DNA of 61,209 nucleotides, filler included, from 6 parts of 6 records of this genome joined end to end with filler, not necessarily neighbours in it, one strand, 5' to 3'. Positions 1-9,441 are shown, counted from the whole stretch's first letter. Made by a program: numbers and translations. Notes: a model not told the origin generated them from the letters alone.

Positions 1-1122
1 CATGTTCAGGCAATCCAGAATCCAGTAATAGGAGAAATCGGCATACATACCGACATACTTACCGGTGGTGAAGGTTTTGGGGCACCATTCGGAAAGGACA
101 TAAGGCTTGCCCAAAATCACATTGGAGGTGCCGGCTTTTAACCCGGGTTCCCACAAATATTGACCATCCGTGGTCTTCAGCTTCCGCAGCCGGGTAATGG
201 CGTCACGATGGAACAACCATTTAGCCTTACCCTGATAGGCTTCTTTCAGCGTTCCCTGAACCTCAATGAGATTGTCAGATTTCAACAAGGTGGCGGTATT
301 ATCCGTGGCACAATCCCTGGATGTGGGAATACCATCATCAGACGCCGTAAAAAGGCCAAGGGGTTTTTTATGCCCATCCCCCACCATATACGCATTTTCA
401 AGGGTGCCGCCCAGTTTATATCCCATGCGACCCCGAACAAGGCCCTGGACATTACGGTCCGAAAGCCTGACAAGCGTATTGGACAGCTTGACCCGTTTTG
501 CCATGGGATACGCTGCCATTTCACGCTTTCCAAAACCAAGGCCGGAATCATTAGATCCGGTCTTAAGCTCTGTGGTATATTCCCAGTCATCAAGATCATC
601 ATCCAGCTTAACGACCCCAAGAGATGCCGCCTTTTTCAAGTTGTGCTTTGTGGCCAGGCCACGAATCTTGACTTCATCGTCAACATTTTTCAAAAGGGTT
701 TTGACAAACTTCTGGGGAGAAACGATAAACCCGCCACCCACATCATCACCGGCCAGCATGTCCCGCTGTTCTGCATTCAAAGAATTAGGGCCATTCCGGA
801 GAAGCGCACTAAAGGCCGCATTCCTTTTTTCTTCCCCGGGATCAGCACCTCCGCCACGGGGTTCCGGTTCAAGTCCATCACCTTCACCGCCGTCATCAAC
901 CTGGGAATACCTTTTTTCCTGATCTTCAATTTCAATGGACCGTTTGATTTTTTCAATCTTCTGGTCCAGGGCATCAATGTCCGCATCAAAGGCATCAAAC
1001 TTTTCAACCTGTTCCGGCGTCCATTCGCTTTCATCTTTGGGAAGACCATCACGAAAAGCTTTATACTCTTCAAAAGTCTGTCCCATTTTTTCCTGATTCC
1101 TCTTCAGGCGTTCTTTAAGCAT
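1..1122 (-). CDS. HK97-family phage major capsid protein (runs off the left edge; absent from ORF track)
   Basis: Manual translation from ATG at 1122 (MLKERLKRNQEKMGQ...GGGFIVSPQKF...GDGHKKPLGL...LRKLKTTDGQYLWEPG...ILGKPY...YADFSYY) is open to base 1. It has a coiled-coil N-terminal delta domain and follows the prohead protease. Confidence 0.93.
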   Translation of the reverse strand, partial: MLKERLKRNQEKMGQTFEEYKAFRDGLPKDESEWTPEQVEKFDAFDADIDALDQKIEKIKRSIEIEDQEKRYSQVDDGGEGDGLEPEPRGGGADPGEEKRNAAFSALLRNGPNSLNAEQRDMLAGDDVGGGFIVSPQKFVKTLLKNVDDEVKIRGLATKHNLKKAASLGVVKLDDDLDDWEYTTELKTGSNDSGLGFGKREMAAYPMAKRVKLSNTLVRLSDRNVQGLVRGRMGYKLGGTLENAYMVGDGHKKPLGLFTASDDGIPTSRDCATDNTATLLKSDNLIEVQGTLKEAYQGKAKWLFHRDAITRLRKLKTTDGQYLWEPGLKAGTSNVILGKPYVLSEWCPKTFTTGKYVGMYADFSYYWILDCLNM

Positions 1123-1756
1123 GTTTAGACCTCACATTTTTAATTTTTAAATCCATAGCTTTTAACCGATGGGCGGTCGCGCCCTTATTTTCACCAGCGG
1201 TCGCGCTGGATTCTTCCTGGTCTTCCTGATATTTTTCAAAGGACCGTTTAGCTATATCTGTGTCCGGATATGCCGGATAGGTCACCGGGGAGATATCAAA
1301 CAACTCTTTAATTTCCAAAATGGTACGGGTGGCCTTTTTGTTGTCCCTGTCCTCTTCCCATTGGTCTTTGGCAACAATAAAAGCAAAGGATTGTTCTTTG
1401 ATATCTCCCCGGTCAACAGACACAGACAGATCTTTTGCAATGGTGGTGTCAGGCAAGGTTATTTCAGACTTCAATCCCCGTTCATCCTGAACCAGTTTCA
1501 AAGTGCCGGCACTCTCCCGGCCAAGCACAAAATTAGGATCATGATTAAACAGCGCCCTGCAATCAGAGTTTTTAAGGGCCTTGGTAAACGCCCCCGGGGC
1601 TATAAATTCACGAATTTCAAAATCGCCCCACCCCATATCTTCAGAAGGAGAATCAAAAACAGCTGAATATCCCTCAAGAATATCCGCCCCGTATTCATTT
1701 TTTTTAATTCTGAATTCCATGGCCTTGAAAATCCGGCGTTCAATTTTTCTTTTCAT
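1115..1756 (-). CDS. HK97-family prohead protease
   Basis: GYSAVF, EFIAPGAF, LFNHDPNFVLGR, SFAF, DISPVTYPAYPDT motifs; lies between portal and capsid. Start placed at MKRKIERR. Confidence 0.93.
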   Translation of the reverse strand: MKRKIERRIFKAMEFRIKKNEYGADILEGYSAVFDSPSEDMGWGDFEIREFIAPGAFTKALKNSDCRALFNHDPNFVLGRESAGTLKLVQDERGLKSEITLPDTTIAKDLSVSVDRGDIKEQSFAFIVAKDQWEEDRDNKKATRTILEIKELFDISPVTYPAYPDTDIAKRSFEKYQEDQEESSATAGENKGATAHRLKAMDLKIKNVRSKHA

Positions 1757-1758
1757 CT

Positions 1759-3750
1759 TTACCCCACAGTCAAAACGCAATCACACCCCTTGTGTAATGG
1801 GGGGTAAAGCGTGTTTCTAAAATTCACGGTCTTGCCGTCAATGTCCGTGAAATCTTCATTTTTATCGGTAAAAACCTGCCGTTTTTTGGTGACCTTTCGG
1901 CCATGCAGCTGTTTACAAATCGGGCAAGACTTTCCTCTGGTTTTCCAGACCAGTGCATAGCCGGCGCCCAAGATGACGGACCGGGCCACCATGGAAGCAA
2001 TTCCCACACGGGTTTCAGCCAGTTCTTTGTCTATGCGCTTTTCTTTCCACTCATCCACCCGGGTCTGAACCGCCTCAAAACCACCCTCTTCATCATCCAA
2101 CTGCTGGAAAATCTGCCCCCGGGAAGCACTAATATATTGCCTGGTGTATCCTTCAAGATATGATTTTGCCTCCTGGGGGATATCTCCATAATCATCCGAG
2201 TCAAGATCAACCTCCCCGGCAATCACCTCCTGCATAGATTCGGCATATGAAACGAAAACAGCCCGTAGATTTTTATCCATGATGCCGGGGAAAGAATCAT
2301 AAAAGTCATTCACCCAATCTGAAAAATCAGATTTGCCACGGTTCCCCATTTGCTTTTTAATTTCCCGGGACAAAGCAAGAGTTTCCCGGTTAATAATTTT
2401 TTCCAATGCTTCATTCAAAAGTGGGGAATACCGGCTGGTAACCTTATCCCGGGCCTTTATGATCTGTTCAAAAGCCCGGTTTTCAATGGCCGGCGGAGAA
2501 ACAGCAGACCGAGCTGCGATTCCCGATCTGCTGTCTTCCTCCTGGATGCCAGCCAGGTCCGCCGTGGGCACAAGGTTCAACTGCAAATATGTTTTATCCG
2601 CCCATTTTTCTTCATAGGGATTTTCATCTTCTAAAATTTTAATTTCATTTGGTGTAATTGAACCGGTTGCAAACCGCATTTTATAATATTCAGCCCTGGA
2701 TTTTTCATCCCCGCGCATCAAAGCATTAGCATTATGCCGAACCGAAAAAGAATCCCGTTCAAAGTCCCGAAGTAGAAAAGCCTCATAGGATTGTTCCAAC
2801 TTCACAAACCAAGGCCGAAATGAATAGGTGATTAATTCAAGGCTTTGCTGCTGCATGTTGGAATAGTTAGAGTGACTTAAATCTTTCAAAACGTGTGGGG
2901 GTAAATTAAACCACCGGGCAACATCTGAAACAGAAAATTGCCGGGCTTCAAGCAACTGGCTTTTTTCCGGGTCAACCCCAAGCTTTTGAACCTTCATTCC
3001 TTCCTCGGCCACCATAGCCTTATGGGATTTGCCTAGGCCTGAATACGTTTTAGCAAGGGATCTGGTCAAATTTTTGTGAGCCGTTTCACCAAGCACTTTT
3101 GGATGCTCAAAAATAACCCCCATGTTTGACCCGTTTTTAAAAAATAAATTGGCATAAGACCGCATTGCCAAAATAAGGCCCATGGAATTTTTGGAAGATT
3201 CAAGCATTGAAAGGCCCATCAAACCGTTGCCAAGGCCAGGAACCCTTAATATTTGATCTTGATCAAAGGTTTTTACCGTTCCGTCAAGCATAGTGATGTC
3301 ATATTCAAGCAGACCATTCACACGTTCTACTCTGGAAATCCTATCCGGATGAATCGGCCAAAGAGCAACAACACGGCGCATTTTATCTCGAACAATGACC
3401 GAGATGGCCGTTCCCCAAAAAGCCTGATAATAAATACATGTTTCCCGCCAGGTCATGGCCGTCATATCCGAATTAGCCATCACATTCAGAAGTCGGTGAA
3501 GATAATGCCCCTTTTGTTTAATCCGTTGCCGGCCTTCTGTTTTCATAACCGGACAAGGCAAAGAGGCAATATTCGATGCCAAAAAATTAACAGCACACCA
3601 AACGGCACTTATGGACATCATGGAATCTTCATTAACCACAATACCTGACTCAGATTCACCGCCACCACCAAAGAAATCAATCAACCACTGTGACGGATTA
3701 ATCATGTCAGAAAAACTGTTTGCCCGGATGGCCGCCCCAAAAACCCCCAT
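1759..3750 (-). CDS. HK97-family portal protein fused to a C-terminal MuF/SPP1 gp7-like minor head domain
   Basis: N-terminal ~400 aa has portal motifs (SAVWCAVNFLASNIASLP, LWPIHPDRI, VARWFNLPPHVL, SITPNEI). The C-terminal ~250 aa ends in SCPICKQLHG...PPLHKGCDC. Confidence 0.88.
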   Translation of the reverse strand: MGVFGAAIRANSFSDMINPSQWLIDFFGGGGESESGIVVNEDSMMSISAVWCAVNFLASNIASLPCPVMKTEGRQRIKQKGHYLHRLLNVMANSDMTAMTWRETCIYYQAFWGTAISVIVRDKMRRVVALWPIHPDRISRVERVNGLLEYDITMLDGTVKTFDQDQILRVPGLGNGLMGLSMLESSKNSMGLILAMRSYANLFFKNGSNMGVIFEHPKVLGETAHKNLTRSLAKTYSGLGKSHKAMVAEEGMKVQKLGVDPEKSQLLEARQFSVSDVARWFNLPPHVLKDLSHSNYSNMQQQSLELITYSFRPWFVKLEQSYEAFLLRDFERDSFSVRHNANALMRGDEKSRAEYYKMRFATGSITPNEIKILEDENPYEEKWADKTYLQLNLVPTADLAGIQEEDSRSGIAARSAVSPPAIENRAFEQIIKARDKVTSRYSPLLNEALEKIINRETLALSREIKKQMGNRGKSDFSDWVNDFYDSFPGIMDKNLRAVFVSYAESMQEVIAGEVDLDSDDYGDIPQEAKSYLEGYTRQYISASRGQIFQQLDDEEGGFEAVQTRVDEWKEKRIDKELAETRVGIASMVARSVILGAGYALVWKTRGKSCPICKQLHGRKVTKKRQVFTDKNEDFTDIDGKTVNFRNTLYPPLHKGCDCVLTVG

Positions 3751-3929
3751 TATTTAGGTCCCTTCCGACTGGATGCCATGGCAAAAAACAGCCCACAGGC
3801 AATAAGCATGCCCCCGGAAATAAGGCACATATCCGGGACGCCATATTTTATAGCGATACCATAGGATAAAAGACCGAAGCCGGCCAGGATAATAAGATCT
3901 GAAAAGTCGATCATTCTAAAAAGTTTCAT
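3750..3929 (-). CDS. small two-TM phage membrane protein between terL and portal
   Basis: MKLFRMIDFSDLIILAGFGLLSYGI...LISGGMLIACGLFFAM; abuts the portal start. Confidence 0.6.
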   Translation of the reverse strand: MKLFRMIDFSDLIILAGFGLLSYGIAIKYGVPDMCLISGGMLIACGLFFAMASSRKGPK

Positions 3930-4003
3930 GCAAAATACCATTTGGTTTACATTATGGTAAATAATGCACAAAAAATATAAAATAATCAACTACTTTTTTG
4001 AAA

Positions 4004-5746
4004 TCACAAGACAACAACGCCGCGCCCTTCATAAACAGATCCGGTTGCCTCGGTCACCATAGCCCGGCACATGGCATTAATTGTTCCAAGAGTGCCGTCA
4101 ATTTTGTTTTCCGGAAATTCCTTAAAAGGAAAGACGTTTGATTTTTTATCTTCTTTGGCCATGGTATTGGCAAAACACCAAAACGTAACCGGGTTCGCGT
4201 CATGATGAAGGTGTCCATCAGAAATCAAGGCATCAACCTCCTTCATGGGTTCAGAAAGCATATTAACGGTTTGTGAAATTTCTGTGGTTGTAATGTCCAA
4301 GGCCTCAAGATTTGATATCATCTGTGCCGCATTCCAGGGGTCATTACACACTTCGCCGCCGCCATAATCCTCACCAGACAAATCAAAATCTTTCGCAACA
4401 GAGATAATATATTTCTCAATATCATTAAAATCTATACGGTTTCCGGGGTGCAGAATAATATAATCATCATGGGCCCAACCTAAATAATGGGCATTCTCTT
4501 CTTTTTTTGCTTCCTCTTCCGGCACATAATACCGGGAAAAAAGATAGTAATCCGCCCCCCTCTTAAAAAGCAGCATAACAGCAACCAAATCCTTCTTGGC
4601 CGCCAAATCAAGCCCGACATATACAGCTTGCCCACGAAAATCATCAAGATTTAAGGTGGGATCCCCGCACAATTCAAACTCAACCATATTGAAATAAGCC
4701 TCGGCCGCGTTGCTCCACATATTGCAATGCTTACACTTCAAAATATTTTGTTTTCTGGCATCAGCAATGGCGGCCGCATGCTGTTTTTTTAAATAATCAG
4801 CAAAAACAGAAACCCCATAATTAGGATTCGCCATTACCCAATTTTCAAAAATGGTCCATGGCTCCGGCGGCTTCTTTTCTTCCTTTCCGACTTTTGGCGG
4901 GGGATCAATGGTATAGATCAAGACAAACAAAGTAGGATCCTCCCGTTCGCCTTTCAAAACTTTGATGGCCTGATTCCGGTGATGATAACAGGGGCTGGCC
5001 GTATTGGTGCCGGCCGTGGTGATGACAATCAACATGGGCTGTTCCCGGGATCCCATGCCCGTGTCAAAACAATCATAGGTGTGGTCCGTTGAATGTTCGT
5101 GATATTCATCCACCAAACCACAATGAACGCTGGCCCCGTCTCCAGGCTTTCCTACAACCGGTTCAAATTTAGAGCCGGATTTCATGCTGTAAATGGTGCC
5201 AGGGTTTTTTTCCGTTCCGGACAGGTCAAGGGCAAATCGGGCTTGAAATTTTGGTGATGCCTTCACCATTTTCCATGCCGGGGTAAAAACTTCATGGGCC
5301 TGCTTTTCTGTGCCGGCCCCGCTGTATACCTCGGCCCCGGGTTCATCATCAATGAAGGCCATATATAACCCGATGATGGCACCAATGGTTGACTTGGCAT
5401 TTTTCCTGGGGATCTCCCCATAAATTTCTCGGTAACGACGGAGCCCATCTTTTTTCCGGATCCAGCCAAAGGGTACCGCCAAAAAAAAGCATTGCCAGGG
5501 TTCCAAAACAATGGGGGTGCCCTTCCACTTCCCTTTGACATGCGCCATGAGCTCTGCAAAAAAACAAATTTTTTCAGCTTTCGCCTTGTCAAATCTGTAT
5601 GGAAAATTGGCTTTTTTTTCTTTTTTTAAATCGTCAAGGTGGGCCTGGCATTGTAGTTTGACCAGGTCATTGACAGGTATCCGGCCGGCCACCACATCAC
5701 GGGCGTACCGGTTGGCCTTATTGGTAAGGGGATATCGAACAGGCAT
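4004..5746 (-). CDS. terL: terminase large subunit
   Basis: LEPWQCF, EIPRKNAKST (Walker A), GLVDEYHEH (Walker B), ITTAG, GLDLA and KIDG nuclease motifs. Confidence 0.96.
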   Translation of the reverse strand: MPVRYPLTNKANRYARDVVAGRIPVNDLVKLQCQAHLDDLKKEKKANFPYRFDKAKAEKICFFAELMAHVKGKWKGTPIVLEPWQCFFLAVPFGWIRKKDGLRRYREIYGEIPRKNAKSTIGAIIGLYMAFIDDEPGAEVYSGAGTEKQAHEVFTPAWKMVKASPKFQARFALDLSGTEKNPGTIYSMKSGSKFEPVVGKPGDGASVHCGLVDEYHEHSTDHTYDCFDTGMGSREQPMLIVITTAGTNTASPCYHHRNQAIKVLKGEREDPTLFVLIYTIDPPPKVGKEEKKPPEPWTIFENWVMANPNYGVSVFADYLKKQHAAAIADARKQNILKCKHCNMWSNAAEAYFNMVEFELCGDPTLNLDDFRGQAVYVGLDLAAKKDLVAVMLLFKRGADYYLFSRYYVPEEEAKKEENAHYLGWAHDDYIILHPGNRIDFNDIEKYIISVAKDFDLSGEDYGGGEVCNDPWNAAQMISNLEALDITTTEISQTVNMLSEPMKEVDALISDGHLHHDANPVTFWCFANTMAKEDKKSNVFPFKEFPENKIDGTLGTINAMCRAMVTEATGSVYEGRGVVVL

Positions 5747-6262
5747 TTATCCCAGCTTTGACCATGGGTCTTCTTCTTTTTTATCGTCTTTTTCAGGAAC
5801 AGAAATTTTGCTGACACTGGCCGGCGTCAATCCAAATTCAGAAAGAAGGCTTTGTAAATGACGCATGGCTTCATTCTTCTGGGAAACGGCCGGATGCCCC
5901 TTTACCATCACTTTCACCGGATAATACATTTCACCATCCAACCCGGGTACCGGGGTGGTAGCGGCCACTTCGCTTTTATAGGTCCGTCCTTCGGCTTCAA
6001 TAATTCTATTGCAAGCCTCAATCTCTTCCACCCGCATGGCAAGCAAGGCAGCTGCCTCTGTCCAGGAATCAGAATCCATGTCAAAAACACGAACCCTCTC
6101 CTTGAGTTCATAAAATCGTTTATGACAATATTCAGGCAACCAAGCTGGGGGAAGTAATATCCCACCCCCTGGCTCCGGAGCTTTTTTATTTACCCTTTCT
6201 TTCTTTTGGGTGCCCTTTAAAACCTTCAAATGCTCCGGTATATTTTTGCGTCCTTTGCCCAT
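5747..6262 (-). CDS. terS: P27-family terminase small subunit
   Basis: N-terminal GRK..PEHLKVLKG, PPAWL, HPAV, EFGLTPAS; directly upstream of terL. Confidence 0.9.
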   Translation of the reverse strand: MGKGRKNIPEHLKVLKGTQKKERVNKKAPEPGGGILLPPAWLPEYCHKRFYELKERVRVFDMDSDSWTEAAALLAMRVEEIEACNRIIEAEGRTYKSEVAATTPVPGLDGEMYYPVKVMVKGHPAVSQKNEAMRHLQSLLSEFGLTPASVSKISVPEKDDKKEEDPWSKLG

Positions 6263-6264
6263 AT

Positions 6265-6360
6265 AAATTTTACCTCAATTTTGGGGTAGCAAGAAAAAGG
6301 CTGCCCATTCGGTCACCGGGTTTTTTGAAATTTTTGATTTTGACCACCCCTCCCCCTTCC
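6265..6360 (-). other. probable cos packaging-site region
   Basis: Minus strand reads GGGGGAGGGGTGGTCAAAATC...TGACCG...GGGCAGCC-TTTTT at the HNH/terS junction, the usual position and look of cos in HK97-like phages. The exact cut site cannot be determined. Confidence 0.5.
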
Positions 6361-6720
6361 GTGAATTTTTTCGTGACAAAACCAGTTGACAGCAAGGATA
6401 TTTTTTTTCACCAAACGTAAGTGAGGATGAGTTTCAACCGATTTGATATGGTGCCCAACACTGGCAACTTTCAAACGCCCAAGAGATCGGCACTCAGCGC
6501 ATTGACAAAGCCAATTTGCTTCTTCAAGAACCTGGTCCCTTACCTTTCGCCATTCTGCACCATAACCACGCGCTGTGGTCTTCTGACGATTACTTGGGTT
6601 TCTCCCAATAATGCTTTTCTTCTTTTTACTTCTTCGCTCCTGACAGGCATCACAATACCCGCCATCGTTCCGAGTCCGCTTACGACAGCGCAAACAGGGT
6701 TTAGCAGGGGCCATTGCCAT
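6313..6720 (-). CDS. HNH endonuclease (HK97 gp74-like packaging cofactor)
   Basis: RGYGAEWRKVR, CQCAEC, HHIK, N..AVNWFCHEKIH; immediately upstream of terS. Confidence 0.88.
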   Translation of the reverse strand: MAMAPAKPCLRCRKRTRNDGGYCDACQERRSKKKKSIIGRNPSNRQKTTARGYGAEWRKVRDQVLEEANWLCQCAECRSLGRLKVASVGHHIKSVETHPHLRLVKKNILAVNWFCHEKIHGRGRGGQNQKFQKTR

Positions 6721-7010
6721 CAGTTCGCACTCCCGCTAAAAAGAAAGGATTTCACTGCGCTTGCAACTGCAATGAGAACAGCACCAAAAAGAATTTTATC
6801 ATGAGTCTTTAATTTTTCTGTGTTCGTTTGGCATGGCAACACTGTTTCTGAATATGCTTCAAGTTTTTTAATTTTTTCAGCATGGGTATGACACATTCGC
6901 TTTTCAAGCTTTCCTTCAATTTGCGATAAGCGCCTACTTGTTTCTTGTTGATACATATTTTGATTTGCTTCAATTTTTATCAGCAAGTCATGGGCCTCTT
7001 GATCGTTCAT
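6720..7010 (-). CDS. coiled-coil protein with C-terminal TM (holin/XhlA-like candidate)
   Basis: Helical N-terminus and hydrophobic ILFGAVLIAVASAVKSFLF; lies in the lysis cassette. Confidence 0.5.
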   Translation of the reverse strand: MNDQEAHDLLIKIEANQNMYQQETSRRLSQIEGKLEKRMCHTHAEKIKKLEAYSETVLPCQTNTEKLKTHDKILFGAVLIAVASAVKSFLFSGSAN

Positions 7011-7348
7011 CTTTTAGCCGCCCTCCAACAAGCTTCAGATAGTTTCGTATCAAGGGCCACCTCAACTATCCGGGCAACGCCCATTTTAAATCGTTTCATT
7101 ATCCACTCAGATTGCCTGGCTATTTCTCGGATATCTTCAACCAGCTGGGCATCAGCCGCCCATTTATTTTCGATTTCTGGACCTGTTTCCTGATAATCAA
7201 TGTCGTGACAATCACATGCTTTTGAAATTTTGGGGAACAGGAAACGGGGAAGCCTGAACAGGGCCGCCAGCCAGAAGGACGACCCACAACCATTGGCAGA
7301 CCTTAGTTGATCTGTGGTTAAGTCGTGATACTGATAATTTTCATTCAT
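7007..7348 (-). CDS. phospholipase A2-like protein
   Basis: NGCGS...ACDCHDIDY...AD motif; overlaps both neighbours by ATGA-type coupling. Confidence 0.55.
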   Translation of the reverse strand: MNENYQYHDLTTDQLRSANGCGSSFWLAALFRLPRFLFPKISKACDCHDIDYQETGPEIENKWAADAQLVEDIREIARQSEWIMKRFKMGVARIVEVALDTKLSEACWRAAKR

Positions 7349-7779
7349 CGCTTATCCCACCTCACTTTTTTCTTTCTTACGTCAACATGAGTCCGGTTCT
7401 TATACCGGCCAATTCCATATCTGTCTGGATATTTATCTTCCAAATATCTGGACACATTGTCTGCCGGGACCTGCTTCCAAATATTAGTTATTTTAACAAA
7501 AACCTTAAAATCAGAGGCCATGGCCAGCATGTGATAGGACTTGGATGTATATGGGATATAGTTGGGATTATAATGCCGCTGGACTTCTTCATTGTGCTTC
7601 TGGCACCTATTCCCGCCAGTGATAATAATACAGACAGGAAGTTTATATTCTTTGCCAAAATAACTACGGGTGTCTTCCAACACCATAACAAGTTCTGCAT
7701 CAATAGTGTCAAATCCACACCCGCATTCACAAGCAAATTCAGACCTATAAAAATTTTTAGAAATCTTCCTCTTTTCCAT
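7345..7779 (-). CDS. peptidase M15 family zinc peptidase (probable endolysin)
   Basis: NFYRSEFACECGCG, RC.KHN..V, SYHMLAMASDF, GIGRY...HVDVR. Confidence 0.88.
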   Translation of the reverse strand: MEKRKISKNFYRSEFACECGCGFDTIDAELVMVLEDTRSYFGKEYKLPVCIIITGGNRCQKHNEEVQRHYNPNYIPYTSKSYHMLAMASDFKVFVKITNIWKQVPADNVSRYLEDKYPDRYGIGRYKNRTHVDVRKKKVRWDKR

Positions 7780-7853
7780 GGCAAACCCCAGTAATTACAA
7801 TTTGGTTTACAAGATGGTAAAATAATAGCAAAAAATATATTTATCTGACAAGG

Positions 7854-9146
7854 TTATTCTAAATCTTTCTTAACCCCAGGCCCTAAAATTATCTGTGTGA
7901 TAGGGCTATTTTTCTTTTTATATGTCCACCATTTGTCATTTGGGCACCTGGACATGTCAGCAGTAAAGGCCTTGGCTATAAGGCAATAATTGTCCTTTAC
8001 TGAATGGCAAAAATGACCATGCAGGCAAATTTTATTTATTTTTTTTGAAGTTTTTTTTGAAGGTTGGACAGTTGACCGGTTTTTAGCGATAGGAGTTTTT
8101 GTTTTTTTACATATCGGCATGTCAACGGCAATCCCCCTGGCCTCTGCTTGTTTTTGAAACCATGCCCGCAAATCTACGCCTTGTTCGTAGGCCTCGCCTG
8201 GATCCTTTCCCTGGGAAACAGGGCATGTGACAGACTGAGGATATTGTCTTTTCCACCATTGCACTTCATGCCGGCCGGCTTCATCATTGTCCAGGCAAAG
8301 CAATGGCGTGTTGTTTTTTAAAATACTGTGGGAATCAATGTCTGGCCTGGCCGTAGAGTTTCCTATTGCTTGGATCATTGTCAGATCTCCAAAGGCTTCC
8401 CAACATGCCCAGCCATCAAATTCTGCCTCAGTGATCAGGACAGACTCAAGGGCGGTATTCTTGGATGGATAAATGAAATAACCGGTACCAGATCCAGCAA
8501 CCAGAATATACCGGTCATTGCCTATAGGCTCATTTTGACGGATTCGGATCCGGATTATGCTCCCATCCAGAAAAAATGGAATAACAAATCCCCGGGGAAT
8601 CCAAATATTTTTTGATTTTCCTTTCTTGTTGGCATCCAAGCCTAAGCCCCAGGCTGCCCGGTCAAATATCAAAGTTTTATCATTCCATCCAATTCGGGCA
8701 GCTTTAATTGTGTCAAGGGACAATCCCCGGGCATGCAAATATTCCCGATGGATTTTCCCGGCGCCAGACATGAGATATTTAAAGCTGGCAAATGCCACAG
8801 CTTCAGCTTTATCCTGCCAGGCCTTACATGGAATATGTGTTTCTCTAGGATTCCAATTTTCGGTTTTTGCAATTTTATCAATCAAAAATGTTTTCTTAAA
8901 TTCTGGTGTCTGCCCCGCTTTTATGCATGCATCATGATATGACAGTTCATGAAAATCACGGTAAAATTGCAATGTATCCCCGGCTTTTTTACATCTCCGG
9001 CAAACATAGTGATCTTTTTCAGGATGGATGGAAAAACGGTCATCACCGCCACACCAGGGACAAGCTCCTTTATACTCTCCCCCAGCTGTCTGAGACGCTT
9101 TTTTATAAAGATTCCCTGTATTTTCAATGAGTTCTAAAATATTCAT
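7854..9146 (-). CDS. phage DNA primase (Zn-ribbon + Toprim) with Cys/His-rich C-terminal tail
   Basis: GACPWCGGDDRF..CRRC zinc ribbon; ITEAEFDG and LDNDEAG Toprim motifs; GKDPGE. Confidence 0.85.
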   Translation of the reverse strand: MNILELIENTGNLYKKASQTAGGEYKGACPWCGGDDRFSIHPEKDHYVCRRCKKAGDTLQFYRDFHELSYHDACIKAGQTPEFKKTFLIDKIAKTENWNPRETHIPCKAWQDKAEAVAFASFKYLMSGAGKIHREYLHARGLSLDTIKAARIGWNDKTLIFDRAAWGLGLDANKKGKSKNIWIPRGFVIPFFLDGSIIRIRIRQNEPIGNDRYILVAGSGTGYFIYPSKNTALESVLITEAEFDGWACWEAFGDLTMIQAIGNSTARPDIDSHSILKNNTPLLCLDNDEAGRHEVQWWKRQYPQSVTCPVSQGKDPGEAYEQGVDLRAWFQKQAEARGIAVDMPICKKTKTPIAKNRSTVQPSKKTSKKINKICLHGHFCHSVKDNYCLIAKAFTADMSRCPNDKWWTYKKKNSPITQIILGPGVKKDLE

Positions 9147-9164
9147 AATTCAAAAACTCCATTC

Positions 9165-9441
9165 TTGGTGTGTTTTTGAAAAAAGCAAAAACACACCAAA
9201 ATTTATCAATGATTTAAGGTATATAACCTGTTTTGGGGTGGTTTTTTGGCAAAAAATAAAAAAGTCTTTTCCTGTGCGCACATGCGCATGCGCGCACGTA
9301 TGTGTACAGGTATGTTTTTTAATAAAAACACACCAAGATTTTATAATATATAATAATATTAGGTAGTTATAAAAATACTTTGGTGTGTTTCCTGGTGTGT
9401 TTTTGAAAATCTTGGTGTGTTTTAGGTCCATTTTGGTGTGT
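9165..9441. repeat. iteron-like TGGTGTGT(TT) repeat cluster, putative phage replication origin
   Basis: Seven copies at about 9166, 9189(rc), 9326(rc), 9381, 9393, 9413 and 9434; perfect 14-bp inverted repeat 9165-9178/9186-9199. Confidence 0.7.

Noticed and set aside
160-1128. Long + strand ORFs (160-1128, 266-922) and similar antisense ORFs throughout the window
   Set aside because: They are shadows of real genes on the opposite strand (here the capsid gene) and have no recognisable motifs.
5385-5420. Terminase Walker A reading RKNAKS instead of RKNGKS
   Set aside because: This is a variant I recall from other terminases of this group; there is no sign of inactivation.
9150-9431. 93-aa and 79-aa ORFs over the repeat cluster; possible CRISPR array
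   Set aside because: The translations just reflect the repeats. The repeats are 8-14 bp, irregularly spaced and in both orientations, so this is not a CRISPR array.
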